Below, one piece after another: positions 18,461 through 27,369 of a stretch of 64,000 nucleotides of DNA (position 1 is its first letter; each line of letters begins with the position of its first letter). The notes under the pieces were generated by a model. That model had not been told where the DNA came from and ran no database searches. It saw only the letters and a list, made by a program, of their open reading frames with translations. The DNA is from Rhodothermales bacterium (GTDB taxonomy: Bacteria; Bacteroidota; Rhodothermia; Rhodothermales; JANQRZ01). The translations under genes were made by a program, and so were the position numbers. The DNA is taken from NCBI GenBank assembly GCA_965215145.1, contig OZ244038.1:1665760-1729759 (forward strand), read 5' to 3'.

Positions 18461-18540
18461 GGCGACGAGCGGACGAGAGGGGAGAGATTGGTACGGGCGA
18501 GCCGCCGGCGCGTTCGGCCCGTTAGAGGGCGTTGAGGATT

Positions 18541-18650
18541 GAGCCCGAAAGCGAGCGAGAGCGCTTGGGTACGCCAGCAAGGCGCCCGAGGGGATCGGGG
18601 CCGTAGCCCCGGCCGACGAGGGCAACGCCGCAGGCGGCTTCAAGCGCCTC
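18541..18650 (+). repeat. Intergenic repeat element, copy 1 (second copy at 52176-52275)
   Basis: Blocks shared with the second copy are CGAA(A/G)GCGAG, CGAGA, CAAGGCG, CGACGAG, AACGC and GGCGG. A central hairpin (CGGGGC-CGTA-GCCCCG) sits at the position where copy 2 has a different hairpin. Confidence 0.45.
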
Positions 18651-18675
18651 GCGCAGCCGACGGCTCTGGTCCTCT

Positions 18676-19149
18676 CTATGCCCCGACCGGCGACAGCGTC
18701 GTCGCGATCTCGATCCGGGCTTCGAGGGTGCGGTGGACGGGGCAGCGGTCGGCGATCTCGAGGAGCCGCTGGCGCTGCTCGTCCGAGAGGGGGCCTTCGA
18801 GGGTGAGCGTCCGGGAGAACTCCGTCAGAAACTCCTCGCCCTCCTCGCACGTGGCGCAGTCGTCGCCGTGGACGCGGGCGTGGGCGACGTGGGCGGTGAC
18901 GCCGGTGAGCGGCCACTGCTTCCGGTCGGCGTACATCCGCAGCGTCATCGAGGTGCAGGTGCCGAGCGCGGCGCCGAGGAGGTCGTAGGGCGTCGGGCCG
19001 AGGTCGGTCCCCCCAGCGTCCTTGGGCTCGTCGGCGACGAGGGTGTGCTGACGCACGGCGACGCCGGAGCGGAAGCCCTGGCGGCCGGTGTGGACGGTGA
19101 CGCGGGTCTCGGCGAGCTCGGCGGCGTCGGGGGCAGGGGGCGGAGGCAT
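18676..19149 (-). CDS. OsmC-family peroxiredoxin-like protein
   Basis: The ATG at 19149 starts the gene. GGTDLGPTPYDLLGAALGTCTSMT and CPVHRTL are the two conserved-Cys regions of OsmC/Ohr. Confidence 0.85.
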   Translation of the reverse strand: MPPPPAPDAAELAETRVTVHTGRQGFRSGVAVRQHTLVADEPKDAGGTDLGPTPYDLLGAALGTCTSMTLRMYADRKQWPLTGVTAHVAHARVHGDDCATCEEGEEFLTEFSRTLTLEGPLSDEQRQRLLEIADRCPVHRTLEARIEIATTLSPVGA

Positions 19150-19314
19150 GGGGGATCGGGTGCGTGAGGCGGCAAGGTAGAGAACGAAGAGGCGGGGGGC
19201 GTCACGGGGGGCAGGCTCGTGCTCACCACCCCCGCTGCCGAAGGCGACGAACGGGGGCGTGACGGGCGCCCCTGGAGGGGTTACCTTCTCGCTAAACCCA
19301 ACCCCTGCCCTTCC

Positions 19315-20922
19315 ATGCCGATCCGCCCACTCGCCGCGCTTCTCCTGCTTCTCGCTTTTCCCCTCGGGGCAATGGCTCAGACCGACCGGAGCCTCACGCC
19401 GGCCCCCCTCGCGCAGGAGCGCCACAGCGAGGTCCGCCTCCTGCTCCCGTCCGCCGGCGCCGACGGGCGGCTCGAACTCGTCCGGCGTCTCGCCGCGCAG
19501 GGGGTCCACCTCGGCCACGCGCGGGTCGAGGAGACGGCCGAGGGGCCGGCCCTCCGCACGGTCCTGAGCCAGAGCGAGCTCGCGGCGGCCCGCGCCGCCG
19601 GCGCCCCCGTGGAGGTACTCGTGGCCGACCTCGCCGCCGAGGTCGCGGCCCGGCCCGCGTTCCCGGAGGCGGCGCGCCGCGCGGCCCTCGCCCGTGGCGG
19701 CGTCTCGGGCAACGTGTTCGGCTCGATGGGCGGGTTCCCGACCTTCGCCGAGGCCGTCGCCATCCTCGACGACATGCGGGCGCAGTACCCGCACCTCATC
19801 ACCGCGAAGACCTCGCTCGGCCAGAGCCACGAGGGCCGGGAGATCTGGATGGTCGAGGTCTCCGACAACCCCGGCGTGGACGAGCCCGAGGCGGAGGTGC
19901 TCATCACGGCGCTCCACCACGCCCGCGAGCCGGCCAGCCTCACCACCACGCTCTACACCCTCTGGCACCTCCTCGAGAACTACGGCGCCGACCCCGAGGT
20001 GACGGCCCTCGTCGACGGCCGCCGCCTCTTCGTCGTCCCCGTCCTCAACCCCGACGGCTACGTCTACAACCAGACGACGGACCCCAACGGCGGCGGGTAC
20101 TGGCGCAAGAACCGCCGCCCCGGCGGCGGCGTGGACCTCAACCGCAACTACGGCTACGCGTGGGGCTACGACAACCTCGGCTCCTCGCCCTACTCCTGGA
20201 GCTCGACCTACCGCGGCCCCGGCCCCTTCTCCGAACCCGAGACGCAGGCCCTCCGGGACTTCCTCGAGGGGCGCCGGGTGCGGATGGCGTTCAACTACCA
20301 CACCTACGGCGACCTCCTCCTCTTCCCGTGGGCCTACACCCCCACCGTCACCCCGGACCACCCCACCTTCGTCGACTACGCGCAGCGGCTGACGGCGGCC
20401 AACGGGTACGAGTACGGCAACAGCCCGAGCATCCTCTACCCCTCGAACGGGAACTCCAACGACTGGATGTACGGGGAGCAGACGGCGAAGCCGAAGATCC
20501 TCTGCTACACCCCCGAGGTGGGGCACTCGTTCTGGCCCTCGGCCTCGCAGATCGTCCCGCTGGCGCAGGAGAACCTCGCCGCGAACCTCGAGCTCCTGCG
20601 GCTCGCGTCGTTCGAGGCGGAGTACATCCCCCTCACTGGCGCGCGTGCGACCACCTCGGGCGCGGTGACCCCCGGCGCGGCCACCCCGAACCCGTTCGCG
20701 GGCACGACCACGCTGCGGTTCGCGCTGGAGGAGGATGCGGAGGTCCGGCTCGCGGTCTACGACGTGCTCGGCCGCGAGGTCGCCGTGCTGCTCGACGGCG
20801 CCGCCGAGGCCGGCGCGCACGAGGCCGTCTTCGACGCCGCCGGGCTTCCGGCCGGGACGTACCTCTGGCGGCTGGTGGTGGGGGGGGAGGCCGAGGGTGG
20901 CTTCCTGACGCTCGTGCGGTAA
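19315..20922 (+). CDS. M14 zinc carboxypeptidase with T9SS C-terminal sorting domain
   Basis: A signal peptide is present. GREIWMVEVSDNPG...ALHHAREPAS is the HxxE zinc site. VPVLNPDGY is present. The C-terminus is NPFAGTTTLRFALEEDAEVRLAVYDVLGREVAVL. Confidence 0.9.
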   Translation: MPIRPLAALLLLLAFPLGAMAQTDRSLTPAPLAQERHSEVRLLLPSAGADGRLELVRRLAAQGVHLGHARVEETAEGPALRTVLSQSELAAARAAGAPVEVLVADLAAEVAARPAFPEAARRAALARGGVSGNVFGSMGGFPTFAEAVAILDDMRAQYPHLITAKTSLGQSHEGREIWMVEVSDNPGVDEPEAEVLITALHHAREPASLTTTLYTLWHLLENYGADPEVTALVDGRRLFVVPVLNPDGYVYNQTTDPNGGGYWRKNRRPGGGVDLNRNYGYAWGYDNLGSSPYSWSSTYRGPGPFSEPETQALRDFLEGRRVRMAFNYHTYGDLLLFPWAYTPTVTPDHPTFVDYAQRLTAANGYEYGNSPSILYPSNGNSNDWMYGEQTAKPKILCYTPEVGHSFWPSASQIVPLAQENLAANLELLRLASFEAEYIPLTGARATTSGAVTPGAATPNPFAGTTTLRFALEEDAEVRLAVYDVLGREVAVLLDGAAEAGAHEAVFDAAGLPAGTYLWRLVVGGEAEGGFLTLVR

Positions 20923-20942
20923 CGGGCACGCGCCATCGAAAC

Positions 20943-20967
20943 GTAGGGCGGGGGTTAGCGCCCCGCC
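20943..20967. repeat. GTAGGGCG-type hairpin downstream of the M14 gene
   Basis: GTAGGGCGGGG-GTTAGCG-CCCCGCC. Confidence 0.55.
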
Positions 20968-21161
20968 GATGGGGCCTGGCCTCCAGGGTACAACTGCGTC
21001 GCCCCGTGGGGGTAGGCGCAACGTGCCGGTCTGGTCCGCCGTAGGCACGGCGGTGCTCTCTTCCAGGATTTCACCCGAGGACCGCACCACCCGCCGGCGC
21101 TGCCCGTTGATCCCACCGTGCCGGCCCCGCCGGCTCCCCCCGCCACGAACCCCACCGCCTG

Positions 21162-24128
21162 ATGCGAACGCTACTCACGCTCCTCCTCGTCGCCGGCCTC
21201 GCTCTGGCTGCTGCCCCGCCGGCCGCCGCGCAGGGCGAGGTCTTCCCCTACGACTACGCCGTCCGCGACCTCGACAACGGCCTCCGCGTCATCGTCGTCC
21301 CGACGGACTTCCCCAACATCGTCTCCGTCTACATCCCCGTCTCCGTCGGCAGCCGGAACGAGGTCGAGGCCGGGAAGAGCGGGTTCGCCCACTTCTTCGA
21401 GCACATGATGTTCAGGGGCACCGACCGCTACTCGGCGCGGGAGTACAAGGAGATCCTCAAGAACGCCGGCGCCGACCAGAACGCCTACACCACCGACGAC
21501 CGCACGGTCTACCACATCACCGCCTCGAAGGACGACCTCGAGACGGTCCTGATGCTGGAGGCCGACCGGTTCCAGAACCTCGAGTACTCCGACGCCGACT
21601 TCCGCACGGAGGCCCTCGCCGTGCTCGGGGAGTACAACAAGAACTCCGCGAACCCCGTCTCGAAGCTGTTCGAGGTGATGCGCGCCGCGGCCTTCGAGGA
21701 CCACACGTACCGGCACACCACGATGGGCTTCCTCGCGGACATCGAGCAGATGCCCGAGCAGTTCGACTACAGCCGGACCTTCTTCGACCGGTTCTACCGC
21801 CCGGAGTACACCAGCGTCCTCGTCGTCGGCGACGTGGAGCCGGAGCCGGTGTTCGAGATGGTGGAAGAGTACTGGGGGGACTGGGAGCCCGGCTCGTTCA
21901 CCGTCGAGATCCCGCAGGACGGCCCCCTCGACGGGCCGGTCTACGAGCACGTCGAGTGGGAGAGCCCGACGCTGCCGTGGGTGAGCGTGAGCTTCCGCGC
22001 CCCCGCCGCCTACGGCGAGACCGACGCCCACGTCCGCGCCCTCGACGTCGCCTCCTCCTACGCCTTCGGCCCCGCGAGCGACCTCTACCGGAAGCTCGTC
22101 GTCGAGGAGCAGAAGGTGGACCAGCTCTTCGGCTACGTCCCCGACCGCGTCGACCCCACGCTCTACACCATCGGCGCCCGCGTCAAGGACCCCGCCGACG
22201 CGGCCTACGTCCGCGACGCCATCCAGCAGACCCTCGCCGACCTCCGCGTGAGCGGCGTCGACCCCGAGCGGATGGCCGCCATCAAGAGCAACCTGAAGTA
22301 CTCGTTCGCCCACGGCCTCGACAACTCCGACGCCATCGCCGGCGCGCTCTCCAGCTACGTCGCTGCCACGCGCGAGGTGGACACGATCAACGAGGTCTAC
22401 GCCCGCTACGACGCCCTCACCCCGGCCGACGTGCAGGAGGCCGCCAACGCGTACTTCGTCGACGACCAGATGGTCGTCGTCACCCTCGCCCATGGCGACC
22501 TCCCCGAGGAGGCGATGGCCGTGGGCTCGGTGGACGCGAAGCTCGCAGCCGCTGAGCCGGCCGGCACGAACGGTACGGGGTCGAACACGTTCGTCATTGA
22601 GGACGCCGTGGCCGTGCAGCATACGCAATCGGCTCAGGCCGTCATCTCAGATCAGGTTCCGCTTTACGAGGGTACCTCGGCCGAGCCGCTCTTCGAGACC
22701 GTGGTCATGGAGTCGTCGTCGCCGCTGGTGGACCTCCGGTTCCTGTTTCTCGCCGGCGCCGCCGACGACCCCGCCGGCAAGGAGGGCCTCGCCACGCTGA
22801 CGGCGATGATGGTCTCCGACGCCGGCAGCGAGGCGATGGCCTACCCCGAGATCCAGCAGGCGCTCTTCCCGCTGGCGGCCGGCTTCGGCGCGCAGGTGGA
22901 CAAGGAGATGACGACGTTCTCCGGCCGCGCCCACCGCGACAACGTCGCCCGCTACTACCGGATCGTCCGCGGCCAGCTCCTGGAGCCCGGCTTCCGGGAG
23001 GAGGACTTCCAGCGCGTCCAGAGCAACCTCGTCAACTACATCCGCGTCGGCCTCCGGGCCAACAACGACGAGGAGCTCGGCAAGGAGGTGCTCTACGAGC
23101 AGCTCTACGCCGGCCACCCCTACGGCCACCTCAACGCCGGCCACGCCGAGGCCGTAGAAAGCCTCACGCTCGACGACGTGCGGGACTTCTACCGCCGCCA
23201 CTACACCGAGCGGAACCTCGTCTTCGCCGTCGCCGGCGACGCCCCGGCCGCGTTCGTCCGGCAGGTCGAGGCCGACCTCGCCGCCGCGTTGCCCGAGGGC
23301 GAACCCGCGCGCGAGGTCCCCGTCGTCGAACCCGTCATGCCCGAGGGCCTCGACGTCACGCTCGTCGAGAAGGACACCCGCGCGGCGGCGATCTCGATGG
23401 GGTTCCCCATCGACGTCACCCGGAGCCACCCGGACTTCCCCGCGCTGTGGCTCGCCCGGAGCTACTTCGGCGAGCACCGGAGCGCGAACTCCCACCTCTA
23501 CCAGCGCATCCGCGAGGCCCGCGGGATGAACTACGGGGACTACGCCTACATCGAGTACTTCCCTGGCGGGATGTTCCAGTTCCACCCGAGCCCGAACCTC
23601 GGGCGGACCTCGCAGATCTTCCAGATCTGGATCCGCCCCGTGCCCCCGGAGCAGACGCACTTCGCGCTCCGCGTCGCCAAGTACGAGCTCGACAAGCTGG
23701 TGCGCGAGGGGATGAGCCAGGAGGACTTCGAGGCCACGAAGAGCTACCTCTCGAAGTTCGTCAACGTCCTCACCAAGAGCCAGGACCGCCAGCTCGGCTA
23801 CGCCCTGGACTCCCGCTACTACGGCAACCCGGAGTTCGTGGAGTTCATCCAGGAGGGCCTGGAGGACCTCACGCTCGATGACGTGAACCGCGTCATCCGA
23901 GAGCACCTCCAGAGCGACGACCTCGCCGTGGTCGTCATCACCCCGGACGCCGAGGAGCTCGCCGCCAAGCTCGTCGCCGACGCGCCCTCGCCGATCACGT
24001 ACAACTCGCCGAAGCCGGCCGAGATCATGGAGGAGGACGAGGCCATCGAGGTTTACCCCCTCGACATCGAGGCGGAGGACGTCACCATCGTCCCGGTCGA
24101 GGAGGTCTTCGAGGGGCGGGTGTTCTAA
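21162..24128 (+). CDS. M16-family (pitrilysin/insulinase-like) zinc peptidase, double-length fusion of two M16 units
   Basis: A signal peptide is present. The inverted zinc motif is in GFAHFFEHMMFRGT. The second half repeats the M16 inactive-domain architecture. Confidence 0.9.
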   Translation: MRTLLTLLLVAGLALAAAPPAAAQGEVFPYDYAVRDLDNGLRVIVVPTDFPNIVSVYIPVSVGSRNEVEAGKSGFAHFFEHMMFRGTDRYSAREYKEILKNAGADQNAYTTDDRTVYHITASKDDLETVLMLEADRFQNLEYSDADFRTEALAVLGEYNKNSANPVSKLFEVMRAAAFEDHTYRHTTMGFLADIEQMPEQFDYSRTFFDRFYRPEYTSVLVVGDVEPEPVFEMVEEYWGDWEPGSFTVEIPQDGPLDGPVYEHVEWESPTLPWVSVSFRAPAAYGETDAHVRALDVASSYAFGPASDLYRKLVVEEQKVDQLFGYVPDRVDPTLYTIGARVKDPADAAYVRDAIQQTLADLRVSGVDPERMAAIKSNLKYSFAHGLDNSDAIAGALSSYVAATREVDTINEVYARYDALTPADVQEAANAYFVDDQMVVVTLAHGDLPEEAMAVGSVDAKLAAAEPAGTNGTGSNTFVIEDAVAVQHTQSAQAVISDQVPLYEGTSAEPLFETVVMESSSPLVDLRFLFLAGAADDPAGKEGLATLTAMMVSDAGSEAMAYPEIQQALFPLAAGFGAQVDKEMTTFSGRAHRDNVARYYRIVRGQLLEPGFREEDFQRVQSNLVNYIRVGLRANNDEELGKEVLYEQLYAGHPYGHLNAGHAEAVESLTLDDVRDFYRRHYTERNLVFAVAGDAPAAFVRQVEADLAAALPEGEPAREVPVVEPVMPEGLDVTLVEKDTRAAAISMGFPIDVTRSHPDFPALWLARSYFGEHRSANSHLYQRIREARGMNYGDYAYIEYFPGGMFQFHPSPNLGRTSQIFQIWIRPVPPEQTHFALRVAKYELDKLVREGMSQEDFEATKSYLSKFVNVLTKSQDRQLGYALDSRYYGNPEFVEFIQEGLEDLTLDDVNRVIREHLQSDDLAVVVITPDAEELAAKLVADAPSPITYNSPKPAEIMEEDEAIEVYPLDIEAEDVTIVPVEEVFEGRVF

Positions 24129-24153
24129 ACGCACCCGGAAGTCAGCCGAAGAC

Positions 24154-24189
24154 GGTAGGGGCGGTCCCGGACCCGCCCCTACTCTTTTG
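24154..24189 (+). terminator. Intrinsic terminator built from a GTAGGGGCGG palindrome
   Basis: GTAGGGGCGG-TCCCGGAC-CCGCCCCTAC is followed by TCTTTTGG, 26 nt after the M16 stop. Confidence 0.65.
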
Positions 24190-24354
24190 GTCCCGTGGGG
24201 GCGAGTCCCGGTTTGGGTCTCGGAACGGCACGGGCTTGGTTCGGGCGTGGGCGTCCGGCCGTAGGCCCCGCTGCGCGCCCCGCGCACGGTGGATTCTACC
24301 CGGCCCCACCACCTTTTCGCCCGTCCGGGCCGATCCCTCAACCGCCCCGCTGCC

Positions 24355-25857
24355 ATGTTCCCCCCTCGCCGATCCCTGATCGCCGCCCTCCTCATCGCCC
24401 TCGTCGCCGTCGCCGCCGGCTGCGACTCGGCCAGCGAGGACGGGACCACCATCTTCCTCGGTACCGTCGTCGACGCCACCACGGACGACCCCGTCGCGGG
24501 GGCCACCGTGAACGTCGTCGGGACGGGCCAGACCACGGCGACCGACACCGCCGGCCGGTTCTCCCTCGAAGCCCAGGCCGACAGCACCGGCGACGCGGTC
24601 ATGCTGGAGGTGTTCGCCTCGGGCTACGACCCCGTCCGCTTCGAGGCCCTCGCCGTCGTCGGCCAGGAGGTCCCCGTGCCGGACCTCGTGATCCGCTCGC
24701 GCAGCGCCGGCGACGATGGCGACTCGGGCGGTGGGGGCGACGACGGCGACCCCGGCGGCTTCGACGACGGCGCCGACGGCCCCTCCGGCCCCGCCGCCAG
24801 CATCACCCTCGTCGAGCGCTCCTCCGAGGCCATCGGCGTCGCCGGCGTCGGCGCGGACGAGACGGCGACCCTCACGTTCGTCGTCCTCGACGGCCTCGGC
24901 AACCCCGTAGACACGGAGCACGCCGTGGACCTCACCTTCGAGATCGGCAACGGCCCCGGCGGCGGCGAATTCCTCACCCCGACCACGGCCCGCACCGACG
25001 CCAACGGGAAGGTGCAGGCTACGCTCTCCAGCGGCACCGTCTCCGGCACCGTCCAGCTCGTCGCCTCGATGACGGTGGACGGGGAGACGATCCGCTCGCA
25101 GCCCGTCGTCATCACCATCACCGGCGGGCTCCCGGACGACGACCACTTCAGCGTGCGCATGGGCACCCGCAACCTCGCCGAGCAGGACGGGGGGATGGGG
25201 ACCGTCACGGCCATCGTCGGCGACAAGTACGGCAACCCCGTCCAGCCCGGCACCGCCGTCTACTTCACCACCGACGGCGGCGTCGTCGAGGGGTCCGGTG
25301 TGACGGACGACCTCGGGATGACCACCGTCCGCCTCATCGTCGCCGAGCCGATCCCGAGCAACGCCGACCTCTGCCCCGGCGCGGACCCGACCGGCTACGG
25401 CACCGTCACGGCTCGCACCGCGGACGAGGACAACGTCACCGTCGAGAAGATGACGAACTTCCTGTTCTCCGACGAGATCATCACGGCGGAGATCCTCACG
25501 CCGGGCCTCGAGCTCGGCGCCTTCGACTTCACCGTGAGCGACCGGTTCGGGCACCCCCTCGCCGCGGGCACCCGGATCGAGGTGGACGCCGACGGCATCA
25601 ACGTCGAGGCCATCGGGGACGTGGACGTGACGCTCGGGGACAACCTCTGCCCCGGTCCCGGTAAGACGGAGTTCCGCTTCAGCGTCGTCGAGGGCGACGA
25701 GATCGGCGAGGACGACCTCCCGCTCCCGCCCTCGATCGAGACCATCACGATCACGATCAACGGCCCGAACGGGAGCCTCCAGCTCACGCGGACGAACCTC
25801 GGCGGGCGCGGCGTCCGGGACACCGTTGAGGAGGACCCGGCCCGGTTCACCCGCTAG
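24355..25857 (+). CDS. Lipoprotein with carboxypeptidase-regulatory-like domain and bacterial Ig-like (Big_1/invasin-type) repeats
   Basis: Lipobox LIALVAVAAGC is present. GTVVDATTDDPVAGATVNVVGTGQTTATDTAGRFSL is CarboxypepD_reg-like. Repeated ...DANGKVQATLSSGTVSGTVQLVA segments are Big_1-like. Confidence 0.7.
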   Translation: MFPPRRSLIAALLIALVAVAAGCDSASEDGTTIFLGTVVDATTDDPVAGATVNVVGTGQTTATDTAGRFSLEAQADSTGDAVMLEVFASGYDPVRFEALAVVGQEVPVPDLVIRSRSAGDDGDSGGGGDDGDPGGFDDGADGPSGPAASITLVERSSEAIGVAGVGADETATLTFVVLDGLGNPVDTEHAVDLTFEIGNGPGGGEFLTPTTARTDANGKVQATLSSGTVSGTVQLVASMTVDGETIRSQPVVITITGGLPDDDHFSVRMGTRNLAEQDGGMGTVTAIVGDKYGNPVQPGTAVYFTTDGGVVEGSGVTDDLGMTTVRLIVAEPIPSNADLCPGADPTGYGTVTARTADEDNVTVEKMTNFLFSDEIITAEILTPGLELGAFDFTVSDRFGHPLAAGTRIEVDADGINVEAIGDVDVTLGDNLCPGPGKTEFRFSVVEGDEIGEDDLPLPPSIETITITINGPNGSLQLTRTNLGGRGVRDTVEEDPARFTR

Positions 25858-25938
25858 CTCGTCGGGAGCGGCCGGGGCCTTCGGGAGCCGCCGGGACCTT
25901 CGCCTCGGCGGCTCCGTCATTTCCGAGCGGGGCGGTGC

Positions 25939-26469
25939 TCAGAAGATGACGCCGACGCGGACCGGCACCACCAGCGCCGCCTGCGACTCCCCGACCACGA
26001 GCGACGGGTCGACCTCGACGTAGAGCGCGGTCTCGCGCAGCGGCACCACCCACCCCATACCGAGGTGGAGGGCCGGGCCGCCGGTGTCGCCGCTCCCGCC
26101 GAGGGGGGCGTAGAATCCGAGCCCGCCGAGGAGGTAGCGCGCCTCGCCGAGCGCGGGGAAGGTGAGGATCGCCGAGACCTGGGGGTTGAACACGTAGGTC
26201 GCGTCGTCCCGCCCGCCGAGCACGAACCCCACGAACCCGGCGTCGGCCGCGAACGAGAGGTCGGCGTTGACGGGGAACGAGACGCGCCCGCGCAGCCCGA
26301 GCCCGATGAGGCCGTTGATGAGGTCGTCGTTGCCGAACGAGATCACGCCGTCGAAGCCGACCCCGAACTTCGGGTCCAGCGTGCTCTGCTGGGCGGCGGC
26401 GGGGTGCGCGAAGGCGAGGAGGGCGCATCCCAGCACCAACGCTGGGACCAAGGCGGAGAGACGGGGCAT
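25939..26469 (-). CDS. Small outer-membrane beta-barrel protein (OmpW/porin-like), C-terminal Phe
   Basis: The ATG at 26469 is followed by a signal peptide ending AAAQQ. The pattern is alternating hydrophobic beta-strands and the protein ends ...RVGVIF. Confidence 0.6.
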   Translation of the reverse strand: MPRLSALVPALVLGCALLAFAHPAAAQQSTLDPKFGVGFDGVISFGNDDLINGLIGLGLRGRVSFPVNADLSFAADAGFVGFVLGGRDDATYVFNPQVSAILTFPALGEARYLLGGLGFYAPLGGSGDTGGPALHLGMGWVVPLRETALYVEVDPSLVVGESQAALVVPVRVGVIF

Positions 26470-26683
26470 CGGGTGGGGAGGGGGGCGGGCGGTTGGCGGG
26501 GGGCTCCCACAGACGCCGGGAGCAGCGACAAAGTTACTCCGCCTCCCCGAGTGGGCGCCGCCGTGCTCGCCGTTGACGGGCCCCGGCGAGGAGCGCACCC
26601 CTCGGGCGCTCCCCCGCCGGAGCCGCCGCCTGCAACCGCCGCGCGAGTCCGGCCGTAGCGCCTCCAACCAATCCCGAGCCCGC

Positions 26684-26962
26684 ATGGACTTCTTCGAGTT
26701 CGTCTTCTCGCTCTGCGTTGTCCTTCCGCTCGTCATCTTCAAGTCCATCATGGATGTGAAGCGGCAGCAGATCGAGGCCGACCGGATGCAGGTGACCGAG
26801 GGGCAGGGGCTGACGATGGGCGAGCTGAAGCGCGCGCTCCGCGAGGCCGTCGAGGAGGCGAACGAGCCCTTGATCGAGCGGATCGAGTCGCTGGAGCAGC
26901 GGGCGCTCCCGGCCGACGAGGCGCCGTCCAAGAGCGTCGGGAGCCCCGTGCGGGAGGGATGA
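26684..26962 (+). CDS. Small single-TM protein with C-terminal amphipathic helix (PspB-like architecture)
   Basis: The TM segment is MDFFEFVFSLCVVLPLVIFKSIM. It is followed by LKRALREAVEEANEPLIERIESLEQR. Confidence 0.5.
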   Translation: MDFFEFVFSLCVVLPLVIFKSIMDVKRQQIEADRMQVTEGQGLTMGELKRALREAVEEANEPLIERIESLEQRALPADEAPSKSVGSPVREG

Positions 26963-27276
26963 GCGGGGCCGCCGGCGAACCGCCCGATGGTGCCCCCCTG
27001 CGTGACGACGCATTCTGGGAGGCGCTGGCCGCGAGGCCGTGGCGCCGCGTGAAGTGGCGCCGCGCCGCCGACGCCCCCGCCGACGGCGTCTGCGCCGCTT
27101 ACGGCACGCCGATCCACCGCCGGGGCACCTACTACCTCCGCCCCGCCTACACCGACGGCGAGCGCTGGCTGAGCCAACGGGCCTACGAGGAGATGGTGCG
27201 CCGCACCCGCGGCGACGGACCAAGCCGCCGCTACGGCCGCCGTCCGGAGGGGGGGGACGCGCCCGACCTGGCATGA
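26959..27276 (+). CDS. Hypothetical protein
   Basis: ATGA overlap with the preceding gene. The composition is normal in the middle part (WRRVKW...YYLRPAYTDGERWLSQRAYEEMV). I recognise no family. Confidence 0.4.
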   Translation: MSGAAGEPPDGAPLRDDAFWEALAARPWRRVKWRRAADAPADGVCAAYGTPIHRRGTYYLRPAYTDGERWLSQRAYEEMVRRTRGDGPSRRYGRRPEGGDAPDLA

Positions 27277-27369
27277 ACTGTGAGTCGAGCGGGGGCGTTA
27301 TCCTGCCCGAGCCACACGCGCTCGCCCGGTCGGCGCGTTGGTCCGCTCCCACCCCTCCCACCGAACCCG

